Positions 21,574-29,718 of a DNA stretch of 64,000 nt are shown here, one piece after another. The position numbers and the translations under genes are program-made. Source of the DNA: Actinomycetes bacterium (GTDB lineage: Bacteria > Actinomycetota > Acidimicrobiia > Acidimicrobiales > CADCSY01); contig JANNNX010000074.1 in assembly GCA_031398745.1 (NCBI GenBank), positions 8,740-72,739 on the forward strand, given 5' to 3'. Position 1 is the stretch's first letter; each line of letters opens with the position of its first letter. The notes beneath the pieces were generated by a model. That model was given only the letters and a program-made list of their open reading frames with translations, was not told the origin of the DNA and did not search any database.

Positions 21574-21789
21574 GTGACCGACCTGCTCCTGCGCATCCGA
21601 ACCGCTGCTCCGTGGCGCACCGGTCTGACCCGGCTCGCGGCGCGCCTCGGGGGCGAGCGGGCCGCCTCCCTCGTGGAGTACGCCCTCCTCGTCGCCCTCA
21701 TCGCCCTGGTGGCGGTGGTCTCGGTGACCTACTTCGGCGACTCGGTCGGCGACAGCTTCAGCCGGTCGGGCAGCTCGATCTCGCGCTAA
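21574..21789 (+). CDS. Second, divergent Flp-family pilin
   Basis: The GTG at 21574 is preceded by GAGAGG. The 71-aa product is MTDLLLRIRTAAPWRTGLTRLAARLGGERA|ASLVEYALLVALIALVAVVSVTYFGDSVGDSFSRSGSSISR. The first 14 mature residues match flp1, but position -1 is Ala, not Gly. Confidence 0.8.
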   Translation: MTDLLLRIRTAAPWRTGLTRLAARLGGERAASLVEYALLVALIALVAVVSVTYFGDSVGDSFSRSGSSISR

Positions 21790-21797
21790 CCCGCAGC

Positions 21798-23267
21798 TCA
21801 GCTGGGCGATCGCCGGGCGACGATCCAACCCGGATCAGCCGACTCGCCCACGTCCCATCCCTCGGCTGCGTCGAGGACCGTGGTCAGCGGCTGGTCATCG
21901 GGCCAGACCACCACGTCGATCCGGTAGCGGTCGAGCACCTCCTGCCACCGCTCGCCGGCTCGCACCAGCACCACGTAGTCCTCCGAGACAGTCTGGGGGT
22001 ACATGTCGAAGCGGTCGTCGTAGAACACCTCGGCGTCGACTCCGAAGGCCAGCTCTTGGTAGTTGCCGACGACCTCGGGCGCGGCGATCCGCGGGTCTCC
22101 CTCCGACCGCAACTCGGCCAGGGTGTTCACCGGGTACTCGTCGAGATCGAAGGCCGGCCGGCCGAGGGCGATAGCCACCAGGAGCGCACCGACCAGCGCC
22201 AGGGCAGCGGCCACCGGTCGATGGATCCGCCGGCGCTCCGCGCCGGTGAGCGAGCCGAGGCCCGCCAATCCGGCGGCGGCTCCGGGGAGGAGCACCAACG
22301 ACGCCACCGCCACATTGCGGGCGGCCAGCAGCGCGGTCACCGTGAACAGGGCCGAGGGCAAGGCCGTTGACCACCGGGGCCGGCGGGTGAGCCCGACGAT
22401 GGCCAGCACCAGCAGCACCAGGAAGGCCCGCTCGGACCACCCCACGAAGCGGGGCGCTTGCCACTCGATCACGTCCGCCAAGACGTCCTGGCGCGACAAG
22501 AGTTCGAGCGGGAAGGTCAGCAGCCGGGGCCCGAGGGGGTTCACCGCGCCGGCCACCGTGCCCACCAGGGCCCACCGCAGGGTGCTCGCGGGTCGGCGCC
22601 AGCTGTCCGTCGCCGACCAACCCTGCCGGCCGTCGGCCCACTCCCCGGCGGCCAGTACGGCCAAGGCCACCAGGCCCAACGGGAACGAGCCGTGGGTGTT
22701 CACCCAGATCCAGAACAGAGGCGCGACCCACCAGGGACGGCCGTCGCCCCGGGCCACGAGCACCGCCGCCGCCAGCAGCAGGAGTCCGAAGGTCAGGGGC
22801 CGCGCCGACCACGCTCCCGCACCTACGCCCACTGATGCCGCCACCAGGGCGACCCGAGCCACCAGCGACCCGGCAGGCTGGGTGAGACGCCACACGGCCA
22901 GGGCCAGGGCGACGGTCGTCGCCGCGTGGAGCAGCACGAGCCCGTGGTGGCCAGGGGTGTGCCAGCCGATGCCATAGGCCACCGAGGCCAACCAACTCTG
23001 CACCACCCACGACTGACCGTCGGCGGTGAACGAGAACCCGTCGACCGTCGGGATCCGGCCGGTGTCGACGATGAGCCGGCCGGTGGCCACATGCGTCAAA
23101 TAGCTGTTGTCGCTCAGCGGGCGCAACCCGATGACGAGACCGGTCCCGGCCACCACCAGCGCCACCAGGGTGGCCAAAGTCGGCCCCGGCCGGCGCGAGC
23201 CCGATGGAACCGATGGAACCGGTGGGACGAGGGGGCCGGCGCCCACCAGCGGCGCCGCGACGGTCAC
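21798..23267 (-). CDS. Polytopic membrane protein of unknown function, with a C-terminal extracytoplasmic domain; probably co-transcribed with tadC
   Basis: A 489-aa ORF starting 4 nt after the tadC stop. It has about 11-13 hydrophobic segments, a first loop LSDNSYLTHVATGRLIVDTGRIPTVDGFSFTADGQSWVVQSW, and a roughly 130-aa soluble C-terminus (DLDEYPVNTLAEL...WIVARRSPS). GC3-rich codon usage supports coding. Confidence 0.65.
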   Translation of the reverse strand: MTVAAPLVGAGPLVPPVPSVPSGSRRPGPTLATLVALVVAGTGLVIGLRPLSDNSYLTHVATGRLIVDTGRIPTVDGFSFTADGQSWVVQSWLASVAYGIGWHTPGHHGLVLLHAATTVALALAVWRLTQPAGSLVARVALVAASVGVGAGAWSARPLTFGLLLLAAAVLVARGDGRPWWVAPLFWIWVNTHGSFPLGLVALAVLAAGEWADGRQGWSATDSWRRPASTLRWALVGTVAGAVNPLGPRLLTFPLELLSRQDVLADVIEWQAPRFVGWSERAFLVLLVLAIVGLTRRPRWSTALPSALFTVTALLAARNVAVASLVLLPGAAAGLAGLGSLTGAERRRIHRPVAAALALVGALLVAIALGRPAFDLDEYPVNTLAELRSEGDPRIAAPEVVGNYQELAFGVDAEVFYDDRFDMYPQTVSEDYVVLVRAGERWQEVLDRYRIDVVVWPDDQPLTTVLDAAEGWDVGESADPGWIVARRSPS

Positions 23268-23271
23268 GGCC

Positions 23272-24186
23272 TCAGAGGTTCTCGGCGATGTTCAGCGCGG
23301 CCGGGCCGATGACCACCACGAACAGCGCCGGGAAGACGCAGAACACCATCGGGATCAGCATCTTGATCGGAGCCTTCTGCGCCTGCTCCTGGGCCAGCTG
23401 GCGGCGCTTGACCCGGGCCTCGTCGGCCTGAGAGCGCAGGATCCTCGAAATCGACACCCCGAAGGTGTCGGCCTGGAGGAGGGCGAGGATGAACGACCGG
23501 ACCTCGGCCACGTCGACTCGCTCGTCGACCGCCCGCAGGGCGTTGGCCCGGCTGGCCCCTGCTCGCACCTCGCCCAGCATCCGCCCGAACTCGTCCGACA
23601 TCGGGCCGGGCACGGCGGCCACCGTCCGGTCGAGGGCCTGCTCGAAGCCCAGCCCGGCTTCGACGCTGATCGTGAGCAGGTCGAGGATGTCGGGAAGCTT
23701 GACCCTGATCGCCTGCTGGCGCTCGGCGACTTGGCGGTTGAGGCGAGCGTCGGGCCCCACCACCAGCGCCGCCACCAGCAGCCCGAACACCATCAGGCCC
23801 TTGCTGCCGCTGAGCCCGAGCACCCGGTAGGTGAGCCACCACATGACCGGCAACAGCGCGAGAAGCGCGACCCGGACGGCCAGGAAGCGGTCGAGCTGGG
23901 CCGGGTCGGCCTGGCCCGCGGAGATGAGCTTGCGCCGGACGCCGTCGATGTAGCCGACCGGGGTGAAGCGCCGAGCCAGACCGACCAGCAGGCCGGAAGC
24001 CGGATTCAGCACCCGATCCCGGAACGGGTTGAGCATCTGCTGGTCGCGGACGTTGTCGACCACCTCGTAGCGGTCGAGCTGGCGCAGCGACGCCCGTACC
24101 ACCGAGCGGTCGTTGGCCTGGTCGAGGAGGGCGAACGCCACGAACGCCACCGCTGCGAACACGCCGAGGGAACCCAGGATCAGCAT
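23272..24186 (-). CDS. tadC: Tad pilus platform protein TadC (T2SS-F family)
   Basis: The ATG at 24186 is preceded by GGAGG. The 304-aa protein has the T2SSF-domain segments LPDILDLLTISVEAGLGFEQAL and ILRSQADEARVKRRQLAQEQAQKAPIKMLIPMVFCVFPALFVVV. Confidence 0.85.
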   Translation of the reverse strand: MLILGSLGVFAAVAFVAFALLDQANDRSVVRASLRQLDRYEVVDNVRDQQMLNPFRDRVLNPASGLLVGLARRFTPVGYIDGVRRKLISAGQADPAQLDRFLAVRVALLALLPVMWWLTYRVLGLSGSKGLMVFGLLVAALVVGPDARLNRQVAERQQAIRVKLPDILDLLTISVEAGLGFEQALDRTVAAVPGPMSDEFGRMLGEVRAGASRANALRAVDERVDVAEVRSFILALLQADTFGVSISRILRSQADEARVKRRQLAQEQAQKAPIKMLIPMVFCVFPALFVVVIGPAALNIAENL

Positions 24187-24199
24187 CTCGTCCTCCGCC

Positions 24200-26131
24200 T
24201 CACACGTCGATCTGGATGATCTTCCACATCCACCAGAAGCCGAAGACGGCGAGGAGGATGGATCCGCCAAGCATGATCTGGCCGGTGGTCTCGGTCAGCA
24301 GCGGCTGGACGTACTCAGGGTTCATGACCTTGAGCGTCAACCCGAGTCCGACCGGGAGGATGCCGAGCACGATGGCGCTCATCCGACCTTCGGCGGTCAG
24401 CGACTTGACCTCCCGCCGGAGCCGCTCCCGGGCCAGCATCGTGCTGCCCACGGTCTGGAGGAGCTCGGAGAGGTTGCCCCCGACCTCCCGCTGGATTCGG
24501 ATGGCCATGACCGCCCAGGCGAAGTCGTCGCTCTGCATGCGCTCGGCCACGTCTTCCAGCGACTCCTCGAGCTTGCGGCCCAGTCGGGCCTCGGCGACGA
24601 CCCGCCGCAGCTCCTTGCCCATCGGCTCCTGAGCCTCTTGGGACACCGCTTCGACGCCCTGCATGAGCGAGTAGCCGGCCCGCAGCGAGCTGGCCAGCAG
24701 CTCGAGGGTGTCGGGGAGCACGGCCAGGAACTTCGCCTGGCGGCGCCGACCCAGGAAGCTCACGATCCCTGGGGGCAGGAGGAAGGCCAGCGATCCGACG
24801 ATGAGCGCCGAGATCAGCGACCCGGCCAGCAGCAGCCCAGCCAGGGAGATCCCGGCCGCGGTGGCGACGTAGAAGAACAGTGCTTCCGCCGCCCGCAGCG
24901 GGAGGTCGGCCTTCTCCAGAGCCCGCTCGACCTTCGGGAGCACACCCCGCTCTCGGGCCAGGTCCTCGGTGAAGGTCACCGCCCGGGCCATCATCGGCGT
25001 CTGGAACATGGCGCCCTCGTCGGCGTCGTGCTCGGCCGCGCTGGCCGTGTCCTCGTAGTGGCTCAGCCGGGCGTCGAGGGTGCCGTCGTCCTTCTGGAAC
25101 ACCAGCACCAGCGCGGCTGCGGCCAGCGCGGCGGCGACGACGCCGGCACCGACGCCGAGCACCAGGCCCAGGGAGCCCCCGAAGATGCCACCTGAGGAGC
25201 TGACGACTTCGGGGTTGGCCGAGGCGCCCACGCTCTTGGTCCCGGTGTTGACCGTGGCCGAGGCCTGGGCCCCGCCGGCGGCAACCGCCAGCTCGAGGGT
25301 GTCTTGCTCGCTGGTCGACGTGTAGACCAGGTCGTACTGGTTGGCCAGGCTCTCCTGGACGCCTTGGTAGACGCCGGCCAGTCCGCCGGGGTCGCGGACG
25401 CCGGCGTAGCTCCCGCCGGTGTCCGAGGCCAAGCGCTGGAGCGACCCGGCGTCGAGCTCGGTGGTCTCCACGCCCACTGTGAAGGCCGTGGCATGGGCGG
25501 CCTTGACCGCGGCAATGGCCTCGTCCTCGGTCGAGGTCGAGGTCGTGTCGGTGCCGTCGGAGAGGACCACCAGGTTGGCCTGGAGGTCGGGCCGGTCGCC
25601 GTAGAGGGCGGCGCCCATGCGCACGCCGTCCCACAGGGCCGTCTCCCCGGCCGCCACCAGCTCGCCGATCGCCTGGACCAGGAAGTCGTGGTTGGTGCTG
25701 AAGTTGGACACCAGCCGGGCCTGGTCACCGAAGGCGACCAGGGCGATGGGGGTCTCGGGATCGCTGGCCCGGACGAACTCGGCGGCGGCCTCGCGCGCCG
25801 ATGCGATGGCGTCGCCGTCGGCCATCGACCCCGACACGTCGAGCACCAGGACGGTGCTCAACCCGGTGTCGCTTCCGGTGGGGAAGACGTCGAAGCTCGC
25901 CACGAGCTCCCCGTTCTCGCGCACGGTGAAGTCGCTGGCCGCCGGTCGGCTGCCGGTGGCCAGGGTGGTGATCCGGACCTGGGGGAAGTCGGTCGTGTCG
26001 ACGGCCCGGATGCTCACCACGGTGTCGGTGGCCGCGGTCGCGGGACCAGTGCCGAGCACGCCCGCCACCAGGAGCACCATCGCCGCCAGGCTGGCGGCCA
26101 CGCCGCGCCCCCGCCGGCGGCCACCCGTCAT
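24200..26131 (-). CDS. tadB: Fusion protein: signal peptide, beta-rich region and VWA (MIDAS) domain, TM linker, then TadB-type T2SS-F platform domain
   Basis: 643 aa. The N-terminus MTGGRRRGRGVAASLAAMVLLVAGVLGTGPATAATD looks like a signal peptide. The VWA region reads VLVLDVSGSM...GETALWDGV...LVVLSDGTDT (DxSxS...T...D). A Gly/Ala/Ser linker and a TM helix follow. The T2SSF domain includes LPDTLELLASSLRAGYSLMQGVE and EGRMSAIVLGILPV. The ATG overlaps the tadA stop (ATGA). Confidence 0.85.
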   Translation of the reverse strand: MTGGRRRGRGVAASLAAMVLLVAGVLGTGPATAATDTVVSIRAVDTTDFPQVRITTLATGSRPAASDFTVRENGELVASFDVFPTGSDTGLSTVLVLDVSGSMADGDAIASAREAAAEFVRASDPETPIALVAFGDQARLVSNFSTNHDFLVQAIGELVAAGETALWDGVRMGAALYGDRPDLQANLVVLSDGTDTTSTSTEDEAIAAVKAAHATAFTVGVETTELDAGSLQRLASDTGGSYAGVRDPGGLAGVYQGVQESLANQYDLVYTSTSEQDTLELAVAAGGAQASATVNTGTKSVGASANPEVVSSSGGIFGGSLGLVLGVGAGVVAAALAAAALVLVFQKDDGTLDARLSHYEDTASAAEHDADEGAMFQTPMMARAVTFTEDLARERGVLPKVERALEKADLPLRAAEALFFYVATAAGISLAGLLLAGSLISALIVGSLAFLLPPGIVSFLGRRRQAKFLAVLPDTLELLASSLRAGYSLMQGVEAVSQEAQEPMGKELRRVVAEARLGRKLEESLEDVAERMQSDDFAWAVMAIRIQREVGGNLSELLQTVGSTMLARERLRREVKSLTAEGRMSAIVLGILPVGLGLTLKVMNPEYVQPLLTETTGQIMLGGSILLAVFGFWWMWKIIQIDV

Positions 26132-27492
26132 CGGTTGACCGCCCGGCCGGCGAAGGGCTCAGGGGCGAAGAGGTCGGCCGACAGCTTGATGCCGGAGTCG
26201 GCCAGCTTCTCGGCGAAGCGGGGGCGGACGCCGGTGGCCTTGAGGTGGCCCTGGAAGCTGCCGTTCTCGTCGACGCCCATGCCGTAGTCGAAGAGGTACA
26301 CGTCCTGGAGGGTGATGACATCGCCCTCCATCCCGTCGACCTCGGTGATGTAGGTGATGCGACGGGTGCCGTCGCGGAGCCGGGTGAGATGCACGATGCA
26401 GTCGAGGGCCGAGGCCATCTGCTCGCGGATGGCCCGGATCGGCAGGTCGAATCCGGCCATCAGGGTCATGGTCTCGATGCGGGAGAGCGTGTCGCGAGGG
26501 CTGTTGGAGTGGACGGTGGTGATCGACCCGTCGTGGCCGGTGTTCATGGCCTGCAACATGTCGAGGGCCTCACCGGCGCGGCACTCCCCCACCACGATCC
26601 GGTCGGGTCGCATGCGCAGGGCGTTGCGGACCAGGTCGCGAATGGTGACCTGGCCCTTGCCCTCGATGTTGGGGGGACGAGCCTCGAGGGAGAGCACGTG
26701 CTCCTGGTGGAGCTGGAGCTCCTTGGCGTCCTCGATGGTGACGATGCGCTCGTCGCTGGGGATGAATCCGGACAGGACGTTGAGGGTGGTGGTCTTGCCG
26801 GTGCCGGTACCGCCCGAGACGATGATGTTCAGGCGCCCTCGGACACAGGCCTCGAGAAACCGGGCCGACTTGGCGTCGAGCGATCCGAAGCGGATGAGGT
26901 CGTCGATCTGCAGCGGATCCTTGGAGAACTTCCGGATGGTCAGGAACGGCCCGCCGATGGCCAGGGGATGGACCACCGCGTTGACTCGGGAGCCGTCCGG
27001 GAGACGGGCGTCACAGAGGGGCGAGGACTCGTCGATGCGCCGGCCGACCTGGCCCACGATCTTGTCGATGATGCGGCGCAGGTGGGTCTCGTCGACGAAG
27101 CTGGCGGTCGTCTTCTCGATGCGGCCGCGACGCTCGACGAACACCGAGTCCGGGCCGTTGACCATGACCTCGGAGATGTCCTCGTCGCTCAGGAAGCGGT
27201 CGATCGGTCCATAGCCGAGGATGTCGTCCGAAACGTCCTGGATGAGCTGGGCCTTGTCGGCCGCCGACAGCGGTGCCCGCTCGATGGCCAGCGCCGACTG
27301 CAGGTGCTCCTGCACCTTGCGACGCATCTCGTCCTCGGAGAGCCGACGGTCGTAGAGCACCGGACCGAGCTCGTCGATGAGGTGGTTGTGGATCTTCTGG
27401 CGGAGCTCGTCGAGGACGGGGTCGCGCCGGCTGATGCTGCCGTTGTGGGCAGCCTCCGGGGAGACCTCTTGGAGCCGCTTGTAGAGGGACAT
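26128..27492 (-). CDS. tadA: Tad pilus secretion ATPase TadA/CpaF
   Basis: 454 aa. It has Walker A IIVSGGTGTGKTTTLN, an Asp box, Walker B, a His box (TGHDGSITTVHSNS), and the CpaF-type N-terminal domain. Confidence 0.95.
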   Translation of the reverse strand: MSLYKRLQEVSPEAAHNGSISRRDPVLDELRQKIHNHLIDELGPVLYDRRLSEDEMRRKVQEHLQSALAIERAPLSAADKAQLIQDVSDDILGYGPIDRFLSDEDISEVMVNGPDSVFVERRGRIEKTTASFVDETHLRRIIDKIVGQVGRRIDESSPLCDARLPDGSRVNAVVHPLAIGGPFLTIRKFSKDPLQIDDLIRFGSLDAKSARFLEACVRGRLNIIVSGGTGTGKTTTLNVLSGFIPSDERIVTIEDAKELQLHQEHVLSLEARPPNIEGKGQVTIRDLVRNALRMRPDRIVVGECRAGEALDMLQAMNTGHDGSITTVHSNSPRDTLSRIETMTLMAGFDLPIRAIREQMASALDCIVHLTRLRDGTRRITYITEVDGMEGDVITLQDVYLFDYGMGVDENGSFQGHLKATGVRPRFAEKLADSGIKLSADLFAPEPFAGRAVNR

Positions 27493-27510
27493 CGACCTGC
27501 TCGCTTCCCG

Positions 27511-28683
27511 TTACCGTCGGCCGACCCCGGCACCCTGGAAGAGCGTGGCCAGTTGCTCGATGCTCTTGGCCACGCCCGACCTGGGGGCGTCGAGGACGAC
27601 GGGGATCCCTTTGTTCACCGATTGGGGGACGACCACGTCGCTCGGGACGAGGCAGTCCGCCTTGACCTGCAGGGTCTTTTCGACCTCGGCGACGTCGAGC
27701 TTGACCCGGCTGTTGGCCCGGTTGAGCACGAGCTTCACCTTGTGGACCGGCGTGTTGAGCAGGCGCAGGGTCTGCAGCCCGATCTTCACGTTCTTGATGT
27801 TGGGCACGTCCATCCCGGCCACCAGCAGGATGTCGTCGCTCTCCTCCAGCAGCGAGAGCACCACCTCGTTGAAGTACGAGGGTGTGTCGACGATGACGTG
27901 GGTGAAGGTGCTGCGAAGGGTGGCGATGATGCGGCTCATGTCCGACGCGCTCACCTGGTCGGCGAACGCCGGCTCGATCGGTGCCGGGAGCACCATCACC
28001 CCGGACGGCTCGTGGCGCACCAGCAACTGGTTGAGGAACTGGCTGTCGAGCCGCTCGATGGCGGTCACCGCGTCGACGATGGTGTGCTGCGGCGTCAGCT
28101 TGAGCATGACCGCCACGTCGCCGAACTGGAGGTCGGCGTCGACCAGAGCCACCGTCCCGCCACCGCGGGTGAGGGCCACGGCCAGGTTGGTGGCCAGCAC
28201 CGTCTTGCCGGTGCCGCCCTTGGGTGAGAACACGGTGATCAGGCGGCCTCGCGGGCCGGCCGGCTCGGTCGGGGCGGGTACCACCGGGACCGCAGGAGCA
28301 GCCGCCACCAGCGTCGCCGCCACCCGGTCGATGGCTTCAGCCAGCTGCTCGCCCTCGACCGGGGCGGTCAGGACGTCGCGCACCCCCACCCGCAACGCCT
28401 GCTGAAGGAGGGCCGTGGTGAGCGTCTCGACCACCAGGATGGCCGCCACCTCGGGGCGGTTCTGGGTGATGCCCTCGATGCGGGCCAGACCCCATTCGTC
28501 GCCGAAGGAGGGACCGAAGACCACCACCGCCGGGACGCCGACGGCGAGCACGGTGTCGACCGCCTCGACGGTCGGGAACGCCGACGCGTCGGGCCGGTCG
28601 CCGACCTGCATGGCCAGGCGGGTCCGGACGTTCAGGTCGTCATCGACGGTGGCCACAAAGGTGGCCACGGTGTCCACGCCCAC
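27511..28683 (-). CDS. tadZ: TadZ/CpaE: pseudo-receiver domain plus ParA/MinD-like ATPase
   Basis: 390 aa, with a GTG start preceded by AGAGGAG. The N-terminus is receiver-like without an obvious phospho-acceptor Asp. The deviant Walker A is VFSPKGGTGKTVLATNLA, followed by VDADLQFGDV. Confidence 0.85.
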   Translation of the reverse strand: MGVDTVATFVATVDDDLNVRTRLAMQVGDRPDASAFPTVEAVDTVLAVGVPAVVVFGPSFGDEWGLARIEGITQNRPEVAAILVVETLTTALLQQALRVGVRDVLTAPVEGEQLAEAIDRVAATLVAAAPAVPVVPAPTEPAGPRGRLITVFSPKGGTGKTVLATNLAVALTRGGGTVALVDADLQFGDVAVMLKLTPQHTIVDAVTAIERLDSQFLNQLLVRHEPSGVMVLPAPIEPAFADQVSASDMSRIIATLRSTFTHVIVDTPSYFNEVVLSLLEESDDILLVAGMDVPNIKNVKIGLQTLRLLNTPVHKVKLVLNRANSRVKLDVAEVEKTLQVKADCLVPSDVVVPQSVNKGIPVVLDAPRSGVAKSIEQLATLFQGAGVGRR

Positions 28684-28714
28684 GGTGCTTCAGCTCCTCT
28701 CGGGTCCGGCTGGA

Positions 28715-29458
28715 TCAGCCGTAGGGGGTCAGGGTCGACGGGATCTGGCTACCGGCATCGATCGGCGGCACCGAGACGGGGGTGTTGTCGGGCGGCACCA
28801 GAGTCAGGTAGAGGCCGCCGTTCTCGGACGAGTAGGCGATTCGGGATGCGGCCTCGGCGGGCACCGAGAAGGTGATGAGCCCGCTGGTGGCGGCCACCGT
28901 GGTCTGGGTGGTGTCCCCGGGCTCGGGGGCGGTCTGGTTGCCGATCGCCAGCACCTCGACGTTCTGGTAGAGGACCTCGTACCTGGCGTTCTCCTCGGAG
29001 CTCACCTTGGCGATGATGTTCACCTTGTCCTGGGGCACGAGGAGCTTGGCCACCCCGTGGACGTCGTCGACCGACACGGTGATGGCCACCCGCCCGCTGC
29101 CGATGTTCTGGGAGAAGGTGACCTGGGCCTGGCGGGCATCCACGAACATGCCCTCGACAACGACCTGGCCCTTCGCCAGATCGCCCACCGCGACCTTGCC
29201 CTTGATGACGTCGATGTCGGTCAGGGCGGTCGCCGGGCGGTACTTCTGGGGCACGGTCGAGGACTCGACGAACTGGTCGATGGCCTGCTCGCCCGGGAGA
29301 CCCTTGGCGATGTCCTCGGTCACCACGTAGGCCTTGACCAGCTTGGCGTCGTCGTAGGCGCGTTCGTCCGCGCTGTTGACGTACTGGTACAGGACCAGAG
29401 CCGCAATGGCGCCGACGACTACGGCGGCGATCACGGTCAGGGTTCGTCGTGAGCTCAC
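28715..29458 (-). CDS. cpaB: Flp pilus assembly protein CpaB/RcpC (SAF domain)
   Basis: I prefer the GTG at 29458 (VSSRRTLTVIAAVVVGAIAALVLY: a short tail then a TM helix, typical of CpaB). The 47 upstream codons of track ORF 28715..29599 have many A/T-ending codons, so I take them as non-coding. The body has SAF-like and RcpC-like segments (VVTEDIAKGLPGEQ, VAITVSVDDVHGVAKLLVPQDKVNI). Confidence 0.8.
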   Translation of the reverse strand: MSSRRTLTVIAAVVVGAIAALVLYQYVNSADERAYDDAKLVKAYVVTEDIAKGLPGEQAIDQFVESSTVPQKYRPATALTDIDVIKGKVAVGDLAKGQVVVEGMFVDARQAQVTFSQNIGSGRVAITVSVDDVHGVAKLLVPQDKVNIIAKVSSEENARYEVLYQNVEVLAIGNQTAPEPGDTTQTTVAATSGLITFSVPAEAASRIAYSSENGGLYLTLVPPDNTPVSVPPIDAGSQIPSTLTPYG

Positions 29459-29718
29459 TGCACGCCTCGCTCTTCCGGTGCGGAGGGCTTCCCTCTGCTG
29501 TGGTGGCTCTATCGACTGCCCCCCGGCACGGGTTGAGGCTCGGCCATCCCAGACATCTCGACGATCGGGGAAATGGGCCGGAATGCCCATAGCCATCACT
29601 GTCCGCGTTCTTCACACTCTTTTCCGTGATGACGGGCCGGTACAACCACTACCAGGGCGGCCGTTCCACCACGAGGGGCGGTACTCAAGTCAGGCGGCGG
29701 GGTGCCGATAGTCCCGAC

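Noticed and set aside
23202-23228. A 9-nt tandem triplication (CGATGGAAC, CGATGGAAC, CGGTGGGAC) encoding VPP/VPS/VPS in the N-terminal tail of the 489-aa membrane protein.
   Set aside because: It is short and in frame, in a low-complexity Pro-rich tail. It is probably replication slippage, and there is no evidence of phase variation because the unit is a multiple of 3.
26020-26131. A possible twin-arginine (Tat) signal on the VWA-TadB fusion (MTGGRRRGRGVAASL...).
   Set aside because: The Arg run does not fit the S/T-R-R-x-F-L-K consensus. A generic Sec-type or N-terminal anchor signal is equally compatible. I cannot decide from sequence alone.
29459-29599. An N-terminal 47-codon extension of cpaB (track ORF start at 29599, MMAMGIPAHF...).
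   Set aside because: About 18 of the 47 codons end in A or T (ATT, CAT, GAT, CGT, CGA, TCA, ATA, CCA, GAA, GGA, AGA and others). Genuine genes here use G/C at the third position almost exclusively. The GTG at 29458 gives the usual short tail plus TM start of CpaB.
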